From Delftia acidovorans NBRC 14950 (GTDB lineage: Bacteria; Pseudomonadota; Gammaproteobacteria; Burkholderiales; Burkholderiaceae_C): a stretch of 32,000 nucleotides of DNA. The notes under the pieces are model-generated. The model saw nothing but the letters and a program-made list of their open reading frames with translations. It made no database searches and was not told where the DNA came from. The stretch's first letter is position 1; every line of letters starts with the position of its first letter. A program made the translations under genes and the position numbers. The stretch lies in the NCBI RefSeq assembly GCF_001598795.1, contig NZ_BCZP01000012.1, positions 30,001 through 62,000 of the forward strand. Reading direction: 5' to 3'. Positions 1-8,347 of the stretch are shown here, piece by piece.

Positions 1-17
1 CCCGAACAGGCCTCGCC

Positions 18-2432
18 GTGCTCATGGCAGCGGGTCTGGCGGCAGGCGCCGCCTTGCCACGCGCCGCGCTGGCCCAGGCCGGTGCGGCGGCCACCAGCGC
101 GGTGCAGCGTCCGTTCCAGGTGCCGGCAGGCCCGCTGGCCGCCGCGCTCACGGCGTTTGCCGCTGACGCAGGCGTGAGCATCAGTGCGCCGCCCGCCCTG
201 GTGCAGGGTCGGCGCACCCAGGGCGTGCAGGGCCGCCTCACGGTGCGCGAGGCGCTGGACCGGCTGCTGGCCGGCACCGACCTGCAGGCGCAGGCGGCGG
301 GGGAGGGCGGTTTTGTGCTGCGTGCGGTGCCCGAGGCCACCCAGGCATCGACCGTGCTGGGCGAGGTCAGGGTGACCGCCGCGGCCCCGGCAGAAAGCCC
401 CTGGGGCAGCACCAGCGGGTATGTGGCGCGCCGGGCCAGCACGGCCACCAAGACCGATGCGTCGATTCTGGAGGTGGCGCAATCGGTGTCCGTCATCACG
501 CGCGACCGCATGGACGACCAGGGCGTGCGCACGCTCAACGACGCCGTGCAGTACACGGCCGGCGTGCGCACCAACACGGGTGGGGCAAATCCTGCGGACG
601 ACAGCCTGTCGGTGCGCGGTTTCAGCCAGTTCTCGGGCAATTTCTACCTGGACGGGCTGCGCCTCATGCCGCTGGGCACGCTGGGCTTTTTCGGCATGGA
701 GCCTTACGGGGCCGAGCGCATGGAGGTCCTCAAGGGGCCGGCCTCGGTGCTGTATGGCCAGAACTCGCCGGGCGGCATCGTGAACTTCGTGTCCAAGCGG
801 CCTTCGGCCGATGCGGTGCGCGGCATGGAGTTGTCCGTGGGCAGCCATGCTCGCCGGCAGGCGGCCTTCGACCTCGGAGGGCCGGTGGGTGACGATGGCA
901 CGGTGAGCTACCGCCTGGTGGGGCTGGCCAGGGCGGCCGACCAGCAGATCGACTTCATGCGTGATGACCGCGTCTACCTGGCGCCCAGCCTGACCTGGGC
1001 GCCGGACGCACGCACCAGCGTCACGCTGCGCGGCTTCTACCAGAAGAACCACGCCATGATGTCCACCAACGTGCAGTGGGATGCGCTCAACGGGCGCAAC
1101 CCCAATGGCCGGCTGCCCCTGAACCGCTTCCTGGGAGAACCGGGCTTCGACCGCGAAGAGACCGAGGTCGCATCGCTGGGCTACGACGCACGCCATCAAT
1201 TCGACAGCGGCTGGACGCTGCGGCAGAACTTCCGCTACCTGCACGCACGCAACCACGAGCAGTACATGTTCCGCTACGGGCCGCTGATCGACGGCTCCGT
1301 CACCAACCGGGAGATCGATTCGCGCGATGGCAAGGGCGGCGTCTATACCGTGGACACCAGCCTGTCGGGCCAATTCGCGGCGGCCGGCCTGCAGCATGAA
1401 TTCATCGTGGGGCTGGACTACAACCGCAGCCGCTCCAGTTTCGACTCCTATATTGCCGACGGGCCGCAGCTGGACATCTACCGTCCCGTCTATGGCAGCT
1501 TCATCGACACCTCGCTGCTGCAGCCCGATGCGCTGCGCGATGAGCGCGCCCAGCAGGTAGGCCTCTACGTGCAGGACCGCATCCGCAAGGACCGCTGGGT
1601 GCTGGCCCTGGGCGGACGCCACGACTGGAGCCGCCTGGAGCAGTCCAGCCGCCTGGCCGACCCCGTGTCCACCACCGTGCGCAAGCCCAAATCCTTCACG
1701 GGCCGCGTGGGCCTGACCTATCTTGCAGACAACGGCGTGGCGCCCTATGTCAGCTACAGCGAGTCGTTTGTCCCTTTGATGGGCGCTGACCGCAACGACC
1801 GGCCCTTTGATCCGGAAACCGGCAAACAGGTCGAGGTCGGCGTCAAGTACTCGCCCGACGAACGCAGCAGCTTCACGCTGGCCGCCTTCGAGCTGCGCCG
1901 GCAGAACGTGCTCACCACCGACCCCGAGAACGTCCGCTATTCCATACAGCAGGGCGAAGTGCGTTCTCGCGGCATCGAGTTCGAGGCGGCAGTCCAGCCC
2001 ACGCGCGGGCTCAAGCTCCTGGCCGCGCTGACCTACAACCCCGTCAAGGTGACCCGGGCCCAGCCAGACCAGTGGGGCGGCAACGTGCAGGGCAAGTCGC
2101 CTTACGAAGTGCCCCGCAAGATGGCGTCGGCCTGGGTGGACTATGCCTTTGGGGGCGACCTGCTGGGGCTGGGGGCGGGCGTGGGGGCACGCTACATCGG
2201 CTGGAGCTGGGGCGACGCGGACAACAGCTTCCGCGTACCGTCGTTCACCCTGGTGGATGCCTCGCTGCGCTATGACCTGGGAAAGATGCGCAGTGACTGG
2301 CGCGGGGCCAGCGTGAGCCTGACGGTGAAGAACCTGTTCGACAAGTACCACACGGCGTCGTGCTTTTCCGCCAATGCCTGCAACTACGGCGAAGCGCGCA
2401 ACATGGTGGTTCGGTTCGGGTACATCTGGTAG
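18..2432 (+). CDS. TonB-dependent siderophore receptor with N-terminal STN signalling extension (TonB-dependent transducer); possibly 5'-truncated by the window edge
   Basis: ORF 18..2432 (804 aa). STN-like segment FQVPAGPLAAALTAFAADAGVSIS...LTVREALDRLLAGTDL. TonB-box-like TVLGEVRVTA. Plug motifs AQSVSVITRDRMDDQG and MEVLKGPASVLYGQNSPGG. Terminal aromatic residue (...VRFGYIW). The frame stays open back to base 3, so the true start may lie upstream of the window. Confidence 0.9.
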   Translation: MLMAAGLAAGAALPRAALAQAGAAATSAVQRPFQVPAGPLAAALTAFAADAGVSISAPPALVQGRRTQGVQGRLTVREALDRLLAGTDLQAQAAGEGGFVLRAVPEATQASTVLGEVRVTAAAPAESPWGSTSGYVARRASTATKTDASILEVAQSVSVITRDRMDDQGVRTLNDAVQYTAGVRTNTGGANPADDSLSVRGFSQFSGNFYLDGLRLMPLGTLGFFGMEPYGAERMEVLKGPASVLYGQNSPGGIVNFVSKRPSADAVRGMELSVGSHARRQAAFDLGGPVGDDGTVSYRLVGLARAADQQIDFMRDDRVYLAPSLTWAPDARTSVTLRGFYQKNHAMMSTNVQWDALNGRNPNGRLPLNRFLGEPGFDREETEVASLGYDARHQFDSGWTLRQNFRYLHARNHEQYMFRYGPLIDGSVTNREIDSRDGKGGVYTVDTSLSGQFAAAGLQHEFIVGLDYNRSRSSFDSYIADGPQLDIYRPVYGSFIDTSLLQPDALRDERAQQVGLYVQDRIRKDRWVLALGGRHDWSRLEQSSRLADPVSTTVRKPKSFTGRVGLTYLADNGVAPYVSYSESFVPLMGADRNDRPFDPETGKQVEVGVKYSPDERSSFTLAAFELRRQNVLTTDPENVRYSIQQGEVRSRGIEFEAAVQPTRGLKLLAALTYNPVKVTRAQPDQWGGNVQGKSPYEVPRKMASAWVDYAFGGDLLGLGAGVGARYIGWSWGDADNSFRVPSFTLVDASLRYDLGKMRSDWRGASVSLTVKNLFDKYHTASCFSANACNYGEARNMVVRFGYIW

Positions 2433-2493
2433 GCCTTGCGGCATCAGGCCGGTCGAAAGCGCTCTCGCACGCTCCCTGGCATGGATACAATCG

Positions 2494-2512
2494 AATAAGA
2501 ATGATTCTTGTT
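2494..2512 (+). promoter_or_regulatory. Fur-box-like operator (AATAAGAATGATTCTTGTT) upstream of the first ECF sigma gene
   Basis: Isolated AT-rich island in GC-rich DNA. The 7-1-7 core TAAGAAT-G-ATTCTTG matches TGATAAT-n-ATTATCA at 10 of 14 positions. It shares the AGAAT.ATTCT core with three other boxes in this window. Its centre lies 49 nt before the ATG at 2552. Confidence 0.6.
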
Positions 2513-2551
2513 TGATTGCGAGCCCCGCCCCCAAGGGAATCGGGACCTGCC

Positions 2552-3058
2552 ATGCCATCCGCCTCCACCCCCCAGCACCGAGAAGCCGCCTCCCTGTACA
2601 CCGCCCACCATGGCTGGCTGCAGGGCTGGCTGCGCCGCAGGCTGGGCAACGGGGCGGATGCGGCGGACCTGGCGCAGGACACCTTCGTGCGCATCCTGGG
2701 CGTGCGCGACCTGGCCGGTGTGCAGGAGCCGCGTGCCTACCTGACCACGGTGGCCAAGGGCGTGCTCGTCAACTGGTACAAGCGCCAGGCGCTGGAGCGC
2801 GCCTACCTCGAAGCCCTGGCCGCCTTGCCCGAGCCCGTGGCGCCTTCGCCCGAGCAGCGCGCCCTGGTGCTGGAGACCCTGCACGAGATAGACGCCATGC
2901 TGGACGCGCTGCCGCCCATCGTGCGGCGCACGTTTTTGCTGTCCCAGCTGGACGGCATGAAGTACGAGGACATCGCGCAGCAGCTGGAGGTCTCGCTCAC
3001 CAGCGTCAAGCGCTACATGGCCCAGGCGTTTCGCCAATGCCTGGTGGCAATGGCGTGA
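2552..3058 (+). CDS. ECF RNA polymerase sigma factor, FecI-like (iron-starvation / cell-surface-signalling type)
   Basis: The in-frame ATG at 2552 within ORF 2516..3058 gives MPSASTPQ... Contains the FecI-group signature LYTAHHGWLQGWLRRRL, a region-2 DLAQDTFVRIL segment and a region-4 HTH (YEDIAQQLEVSLTSVKRYMAQA). The stop overlaps the start of the next gene (GTGATGG). Confidence 0.9.
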   Translation: MPSASTPQHREAASLYTAHHGWLQGWLRRRLGNGADAADLAQDTFVRILGVRDLAGVQEPRAYLTTVAKGVLVNWYKRQALERAYLEALAALPEPVAPSPEQRALVLETLHEIDAMLDALPPIVRRTFLLSQLDGMKYEDIAQQLEVSLTSVKRYMAQAFRQCLVAMA

Positions 3059-4050
3059 TGGAGACGCCCCTGCAAGCGCGCGTGCTCGACGAGGCCGCCG
3101 AATGGCTGATGCGCCTGCACGACAGCGGCGCCACCGAGGCCGACCGCGCCGCCTGCGAGCGCTGGCGCCAGGCCGACCCACAGCATGCCCTGGCCTGGGA
3201 GCGTGCCGAGCGGCTGCTGGGCAAGTTGGGCGGCCTGCCTGCAGCGCTGGCCATGCCGGCGCTGGACCGGCCCCGAAGCCACCGCGCCCAGCGCCGCGCC
3301 GCCGTGGCCCGGCTGGCCGCGCTGCTGGCCGTGGCGCCTGCAGGCTGGCTGGCCTGGCAAGCCTGGTATGTGGCGGACCAGCGCGGCTGGGGCGCCGACC
3401 TGCGCACCGCCACCGGCGAGCGCCGCACCGAGCATCTGGCCGATGGCAGCCGCCTCCTGCTGGACACGGCCAGCGCGGTGGACATCCGGTTTGATGGTGT
3501 ACTGCGCCTGCTCACCTTGCGCCAGGGCGCGGTTTCCATAGAAACGGCGGCCGATACCGCCACACCGCGCCGCCCCTTTGTCGTGGACACCGCCCATGGC
3601 CGGCTGCGCGCGCTGGGTACGCGCTTCACCGTGCGGCAAGAGGGGGGCAGGGCGGACGGCGGCCCCGTGCGCCTGGCCGTGACCGAGGGCGCCGTGGAAG
3701 TCACGCTGCGCGGCGCCGCCAGCCCGGCGCTGGTCGTTCAAGCCGGTCAGCAAACGGTATTGCGAGCGGGGGAGGTGACCGCGCCCCAGCCCCTGCAGCC
3801 CGAGGCCACGGCCTGGACCCACGGCATGCTGATGGCCGACGCCATGCCGCTGGCCGCGTTCTGCGCCGAACTGTCGCGCTACCGGCCCGGCCTGCTGCAG
3901 TGCGCGCCCGAGGTGCGCGCGCTGCGCGTGTCCGGCTCCTTTCCGCTGGGCGATACGGACCGGACGCTGACCATGCTGGCCTCCACCTATCCCGTCGACG
4001 TGCAGACGCGCATGCGCGGCTACTGGATCACCGTGGTCGCCAGGAACTAA
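3058..4050 (+). CDS. FecR-family transmembrane anti-sigma factor / signal transducer
   Basis: ATG at 3058 within ORF 2374..4050 (METPLQARVLDEAAEWLMRL...). Has the N-terminal anti-sigma segment, one hydrophobic TM stretch (VARLAALLAVAPAGWLAWQAW), the FecR-domain motif GTRFTVRQ and a C-terminal LRVSGSFPLGDTDRTL motif. It sits between the sigma and receptor genes. Confidence 0.9.
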   Translation: METPLQARVLDEAAEWLMRLHDSGATEADRAACERWRQADPQHALAWERAERLLGKLGGLPAALAMPALDRPRSHRAQRRAAVARLAALLAVAPAGWLAWQAWYVADQRGWGADLRTATGERRTEHLADGSRLLLDTASAVDIRFDGVLRLLTLRQGAVSIETAADTATPRRPFVVDTAHGRLRALGTRFTVRQEGGRADGGPVRLAVTEGAVEVTLRGAASPALVVQAGQQTVLRAGEVTAPQPLQPEATAWTHGMLMADAMPLAAFCAELSRYRPGLLQCAPEVRALRVSGSFPLGDTDRTLTMLASTYPVDVQTRMRGYWITVVARN

Positions 4051-4139
4051 AAAAATCAAGGCAGGGTGACACTTTTTCGGATCTCGGCTGGCAACGGGGA
4101 AAGAGCTTCTTTCTTCACCGCCTCCAAGGACCGATTTCC

Positions 4140-6626
4140 ATGCCTGCCGTACCCATGCCGCATCCCGTCTTCCATCCCCTGGCGCATGCCGCCCGCCTGG
4201 CCCTGCTGGGCATGGCATTGGCCGCAGGCGCCGTGCAGGCGGCCGAACCGGCCCCCGCTTCCGTACCTGCTCCCGCTCCCGCAGCCCAGACCTACCAGAT
4301 CGCGCCCGGGCCGCTGGGCCGCACGCTGGCTGGCGTGGCCACGGCGGCGGGCATTTCGCTGTCCTTCGATCCTGCGCTGACCGAAGGGCTGACCAGCCCG
4401 GCCCTGTCCGGCCATTACGCGCCGCAGCAGGCGCTGCAGCGCCTGCTGGCCGGCAGCGGGCTGGACATGGTGGCGCGCAGCGATGGCAGCTATACGCTGC
4501 GCAGGCAGGTCGCACCGGCCGGCGCTGGCGCCGGTTCCACCACGGTCCTGAACGAAGTGCAGGTGACGGCCCGCGCCGAGCGCAGCGCCACCAGCGAAGG
4601 CACGGGCAGCTACGTGGCCCGCGCGGTCACGGTGGGCAAGGGCGAGCAGGCGATCAAGGACATCCCCCAGTCCATCAGCGTGATCACGCGCCAGCGCATG
4701 GACGACCAGAACCTCAACACCGTGGACGACGTGCTGGCCAGCACCACGGGCATCACCATGTACGACAGCCCCATGGGCGGGCGCTATGTCTACTCGCGCG
4801 GCTTTCGCGTGGACACCTACCAGTTCGATGGCGTGAACCGCGCCTTCTACTACCCGCAGGCCGACAACTTCACCAGCAACGCCGCCACGCTGGACCGCGT
4901 GGAAGTGGTGCGCGGTGCCACGGGGCTGCTGCAGGGGGCGGGCTCTCCCAGCGCCGCCATCAACATGGTGCGCAAGCGCCCCCTGGCAGAGCGCCAGCTG
5001 GAGGTATCGGCCAGTGTGGGCTCCTGGAACAACCTGCGTGGCGAGATCGATGCCACGGGCCCGCTCAACGAGGCCGGCACGCTGCGCGGGCGCGTGGTCG
5101 CCAGCCTCAACAGCCGCGACTATTTCTACGACGTGGCCAGCAGCCGCACTGGCGTGCTCTACGGCGTGCTGGAGTACGACCTCAGCTCCCAGACCCGGCT
5201 GACGGTGGGCGCCACCCACGAGCGGCTGCGCTCCACGCCTTTCTTCCAGGGCCTGCCGCGCTATGCCGACGGGGCGGACCTGCGGCTGCCGCGCTCCACC
5301 TTCCTGGGCGCGGACTGGAACCGCTGGGACAGCGAGCAGACATCGCTGTTTGCCGAGCTGCAGCATCGCTTCAACGCGGACTGGACCGTCAAGGCCACGG
5401 CGGGCTACACCCGGGAAAAGCACGACATGAAGTACGCCTTTGCCCTGGGGGCGATCAATCCCGCCACGCTGGCGGGCAACGAGATGTATGCCGGCCTGTT
5501 CGATGTCACCACCGACAACAAGACCCTGGACGTGGCGGTGGACGGCAAATTCGACGCCTTCGGCCGCCGGCATTCGCTGAGCTTTGGTGCCAACACGGGC
5601 CGCATGGTCAACGACAGCGACTATTCGCTGATCCGCATGGGCCTGCTCAACAACGTGTTCGACCCGAGCGCCGCCATCCGCGAGCCGTCCCGCGCGGAAT
5701 TCCTGGCCAACCGCTATCGCGGCGATGAAAGCCGCACCCGCATGACCCAGTCCGGCGCCTTTGGCGTGGCGCGGCTGGGCCTCACCGATGCGCTGACCCT
5801 GATCGGCGGCGCCCGCGTCACCCGCTTCACGGGCAGCAGCAACTACCGCAACACGGGCGAGGCCTACAACGACCCGTACAAGGAAAGCGGCGTCATCACG
5901 CCCTATGGCGGCCTGGTCTATGCGCTCAATGACCAGTGGTCGGCCTATGCCAGCTACTCCGACATCTTCCAGGCCCAGAACGCCGTGACGGCGGCCGGCG
6001 ACCTGCTGGCACCCATCAAGGGGCGCAATCTGGAAGTGGGCATGAAGGGCGAATTGCTGGACGGCAGGGTGAATGCGGCCGTGGCCCTGTTCCGCATCGA
6101 CCAGAAGAACCGCGCCGAAGAGGACCTGGTCAACCCCTGCTCGGCCAGCACCTACTGCTATGTCTCCGTGGGCAAGGTCCGCAGCCAGGGGCTGGATGCC
6201 GAGATCAGCGGCGAGGTGGCGCGTGGCTGGCAGCTGTTTGCCGGCTACACCTTCAGCCATTTCAAATACCTGGACAACACCTCCAATGCCGGCGTGGAGT
6301 TCGCCAGCACCTACACGCCCAAGCACATGCTGCGGGTCTGGAGCGACTACCGCCTGCCGGGCGAATGGAGCGCCTGGAACGTGGGCGGCGGCGTCAACTT
6401 CCAGACCGCCAGCTCGCGCGCGGTGGGCGCCATCACCGACGTGCAGCCAGCCTATGCCGTGTGGTCTGCCCGCCTGGGCTACCGGATCGACCGCAACTGG
6501 TCCGTGGCACTGAGCGTGGCCAACCTGTTCGACAAGACCTATTACCAGACCATAGGCGCGCCGGCCTGGGGCAATGTCTACGGCGCACCACGCAGCGCGA
6601 CGCTCACCCTGCGCGGCAAGTTCTGA
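4140..6626 (+). CDS. TonB-dependent siderophore receptor with STN signalling domain (FpvA/FhuE/FoxA-like transducer)
   Basis: ATG at 4140 within ORF 3900..6626. Signal peptide ...ALLGMALAAGAVQAAEP. STN segment YQIAPGPLGRTLAGVATAAGISLSFDP...QALQRLLAGSGL. TonB-box-like TVLNEVQVTA. Plug motifs PQSISVITRQRMDDQN and RVEVVRGATGLLQGAG. C-terminal ...TLRGKF. Confidence 0.9.
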   Translation: MPAVPMPHPVFHPLAHAARLALLGMALAAGAVQAAEPAPASVPAPAPAAQTYQIAPGPLGRTLAGVATAAGISLSFDPALTEGLTSPALSGHYAPQQALQRLLAGSGLDMVARSDGSYTLRRQVAPAGAGAGSTTVLNEVQVTARAERSATSEGTGSYVARAVTVGKGEQAIKDIPQSISVITRQRMDDQNLNTVDDVLASTTGITMYDSPMGGRYVYSRGFRVDTYQFDGVNRAFYYPQADNFTSNAATLDRVEVVRGATGLLQGAGSPSAAINMVRKRPLAERQLEVSASVGSWNNLRGEIDATGPLNEAGTLRGRVVASLNSRDYFYDVASSRTGVLYGVLEYDLSSQTRLTVGATHERLRSTPFFQGLPRYADGADLRLPRSTFLGADWNRWDSEQTSLFAELQHRFNADWTVKATAGYTREKHDMKYAFALGAINPATLAGNEMYAGLFDVTTDNKTLDVAVDGKFDAFGRRHSLSFGANTGRMVNDSDYSLIRMGLLNNVFDPSAAIREPSRAEFLANRYRGDESRTRMTQSGAFGVARLGLTDALTLIGGARVTRFTGSSNYRNTGEAYNDPYKESGVITPYGGLVYALNDQWSAYASYSDIFQAQNAVTAAGDLLAPIKGRNLEVGMKGELLDGRVNAAVALFRIDQKNRAEEDLVNPCSASTYCYVSVGKVRSQGLDAEISGEVARGWQLFAGYTFSHFKYLDNTSNAGVEFASTYTPKHMLRVWSDYRLPGEWSAWNVGGGVNFQTASSRAVGAITDVQPAYAVWSARLGYRIDRNWSVALSVANLFDKTYYQTIGAPAWGNVYGAPRSATLTLRGKF

Positions 6627-6699
6627 AACACGGCCAGGAGGAACGGACTGCAGCAGCGGGCGGGAGAGCAGGGCCGCAAGAGGGTCACAGTTGCCTATA

Positions 6700-6718
6700 A
6701 TTGAGAATTATTCTCAAT
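6700..6718 (+). promoter_or_regulatory. Fur box, perfect 19-bp palindrome ATTGAGAATTATTCTCAAT
   Basis: Perfect inverted repeat about the T at 6709. The 7-1-7 core TGAGAAT-T-ATTCTCA matches the Fur consensus at 12 of 14 positions. It overlaps a perfect TATAAT hexamer at 6696-6701 and ends 13 nt before the GTG at 6732. Confidence 0.75.
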
Positions 6719-6731
6719 CTCGGGTCGCCGC

Positions 6732-7235
6732 GTGTCCAGCCCATCGCCTTCCTTGTCCGCCCATGTCGAATCCCTGTACCTGGCCCACCACGGCTGGCTG
6801 CAGGGCTGGCTGCGCAAGAAGGTGGGCAATGCCTTCGACGCGGCCGATCTGGCGCAGAGCACCTTCCTCAAGGTGCTGGGCGCCCAGGGCCTGGACCAGC
6901 TCCAGGAGCCGCGCGCCTACCTGACCACCATTGCGCGCAACCTGCTGATCAACCAGGTGCGCCGCCGCGCCATCGAGCAGGCCTATCTCGATGCGCTGGC
7001 CGCCATGCCCGAGCCCGTGGCGCCGCCGCCCGAGGTCCGGCTCATGGTGCTGGAGACCCTGGTCGAGATAGACCGCCGCCTGGGCCGCCTGCCCGCGCTG
7101 GCCAAGCAGGCCTTCCTGCTGGCCCAGCTCGAAGGGCTCGGCCATGGCGAGATCGCTGAGGAGCTGGGTATCTCCATCTCCACGGTCAAGCGGCATCTGG
7201 CCAAGGCGGCCATGCGCTGCTTCTTCCCGGAGTAG
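6732..7235 (+). CDS. ECF sigma factor, FecI-like (second copy)
   Basis: ORF 6732..7235 (167 aa, GTG start). Contains LYLAHHGWLQGWLRKKV, DLAQSTFLKVL and a region-4 HTH (EIAEELGISISTVKRHLAKA). By eye it is a clear paralogue of the sigma factors at 2552 and 10990. Confidence 0.9.
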   Translation: MSSPSPSLSAHVESLYLAHHGWLQGWLRKKVGNAFDAADLAQSTFLKVLGAQGLDQLQEPRAYLTTIARNLLINQVRRRAIEQAYLDALAAMPEPVAPPPEVRLMVLETLVEIDRRLGRLPALAKQAFLLAQLEGLGHGEIAEELGISISTVKRHLAKAAMRCFFPE

Positions 7236-7240
7236 TCGGC

Positions 7241-8224
7241 ATGCAGGCGTTCCCTTCCACTTCTTCCCCCATTTCTGCCGAAGTGGCCCGCCAGGCCGTG
7301 CAATGGTGGCTGCAACTGAACTCCGGCAAGGCCCAGGCCCGGCAGCACGATGGCCTGCAGCGCTGGCGTGCGGCCAGCCCCGAGCATGAGGCCGCCTGGC
7401 AGCGCATCGAATCCATGGGCAGCCAGATGGCCGGCATTCCCATGCCGCTGGCGCGGGCCGCGTTGGCCGCACCCGGCTCGGCCAGCAGGCGCCGTGCGGT
7501 GCAGGCGCTGGCCGTGCTGCTGGTCTCGGGCGCAGGCTCCGCAGCCGTCGTGCGCTCGCAGGCCTGGCGCGGCTGGACGGCCGACCAGGTGGCTGCCGTG
7601 GGCGAGCAGCGCCGGCTGCCGCTGCCCGATGGCGGCAGCGTGGTGCTCAACACCGGCAGCGCCCTCAATCTGCGCTACGGCGCGGCCGAGCGCGTGCTGG
7701 AGCTGGTGCGTGGCGAAATCCTCGTGCAGACCGCGCCGGACAGCCTGCACCGTCCCTTCATCGTGCAGACCGCCCTGGGCGCCGTTCAGGCCCTGGGCAC
7801 GCGCTTCACGGTACGCCAGCGCGAGTCCGGCGTTGAAGTGGGCGTGCTGCAAGGCGCCGTGCAATTGCGGCCCGCGCATGCCCCGCATGCCGCGCAGCGC
7901 ATCCATGCGGGAGAGCAGGGCACGTTCACGGCCCAGCAGGCCGTGCACTCCGGCGCGCTGGACACGGCGGCCAGCGCCTGGGCCGAAGGCATGCTGGTGG
8001 CCTCGCGCATGCGGCTGGAGGCTTTCCTGGCCGAGCTGGGCCGCTACCGGCGCGGGCGCCTGGGCTGCGACCCGGCCGTGGCCGGCCTGCACGTCTCCGG
8101 TGCCTATCCGCTGGCCGACACCGACCGCGTGCTGGCCGCGCTGACTTCCTCGCTGCCCGTGGAAATCCACTCCTTCTCGCGCTACTGGGTGATGGTGCGG
8201 CCTGCGGTGCCGCACAAGGCATGA
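7241..8224 (+). CDS. FecR-family anti-sigma factor (second copy)
   Basis: ORF 7241..8224 (327 aa). N-terminal ARQAVQWWLQL...RWRAASPEHEAAWQ. TM stretch AVQALAVLLVSGAGSAAVV. GTRFTVRQ motif. C-terminal LHVSGAYPLADTDRVL. Confidence 0.9.
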   Translation: MQAFPSTSSPISAEVARQAVQWWLQLNSGKAQARQHDGLQRWRAASPEHEAAWQRIESMGSQMAGIPMPLARAALAAPGSASRRRAVQALAVLLVSGAGSAAVVRSQAWRGWTADQVAAVGEQRRLPLPDGGSVVLNTGSALNLRYGAAERVLELVRGEILVQTAPDSLHRPFIVQTALGAVQALGTRFTVRQRESGVEVGVLQGAVQLRPAHAPHAAQRIHAGEQGTFTAQQAVHSGALDTAASAWAEGMLVASRMRLEAFLAELGRYRRGRLGCDPAVAGLHVSGAYPLADTDRVLAALTSSLPVEIHSFSRYWVMVRPAVPHKA

Positions 8225-8347
8225 AGGCCTTCGCACTTTCCTGAAAAAAATTTGAGCTGATTTGCCGGCGATGGCTGTCAACAGAGACAGGAGCGCACCG
8301 CAGCGTGCGCCAACGCTTCTCTACAACCATTGCAACAAGGCCTTTCC

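Noticed and set aside
2374-3057. The N-terminal 228 codons of ORF 2374..4050, which would make a 558-aa FecR-like protein overlapping both the receptor 3' end and the whole sigma gene.
   Set aside because: This part of the frame overlaps a well-supported sigma gene in another frame and translates to low-complexity sequence. The FecR homology begins at the ATG at 3058, which overlaps the sigma stop.
4085-4139. An attempt to find canonical ECF-type GAAC-N16/17-CGT promoters upstream of the three receptor genes. Candidates were gcAAC at about 4096, tcAAC at about 8277 and gaGAAC at about 12560.
   Set aside because: The AAC-containing candidates have no shared -10 element at a fixed spacing. The match is too degenerate to call by eye.
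4056-6326. Very long antisense ORFs opposite the receptor and pump genes. Examples: 4056..6326 (756 aa), 8429..11260 (943 aa), 12556..15276 (906 aa), 16461..18626 (721 aa), 19901..22615 (904 aa), 3013..4515, 6983..8281 and 22434..23903.
   Set aside because: These are typical shadow ORFs of high-GC DNA. Their translations are Arg/Ala/Gly/Pro-rich low-complexity strings with no recognisable motifs. Each is fully overlapped by a sense-strand ORF with clear family signatures.
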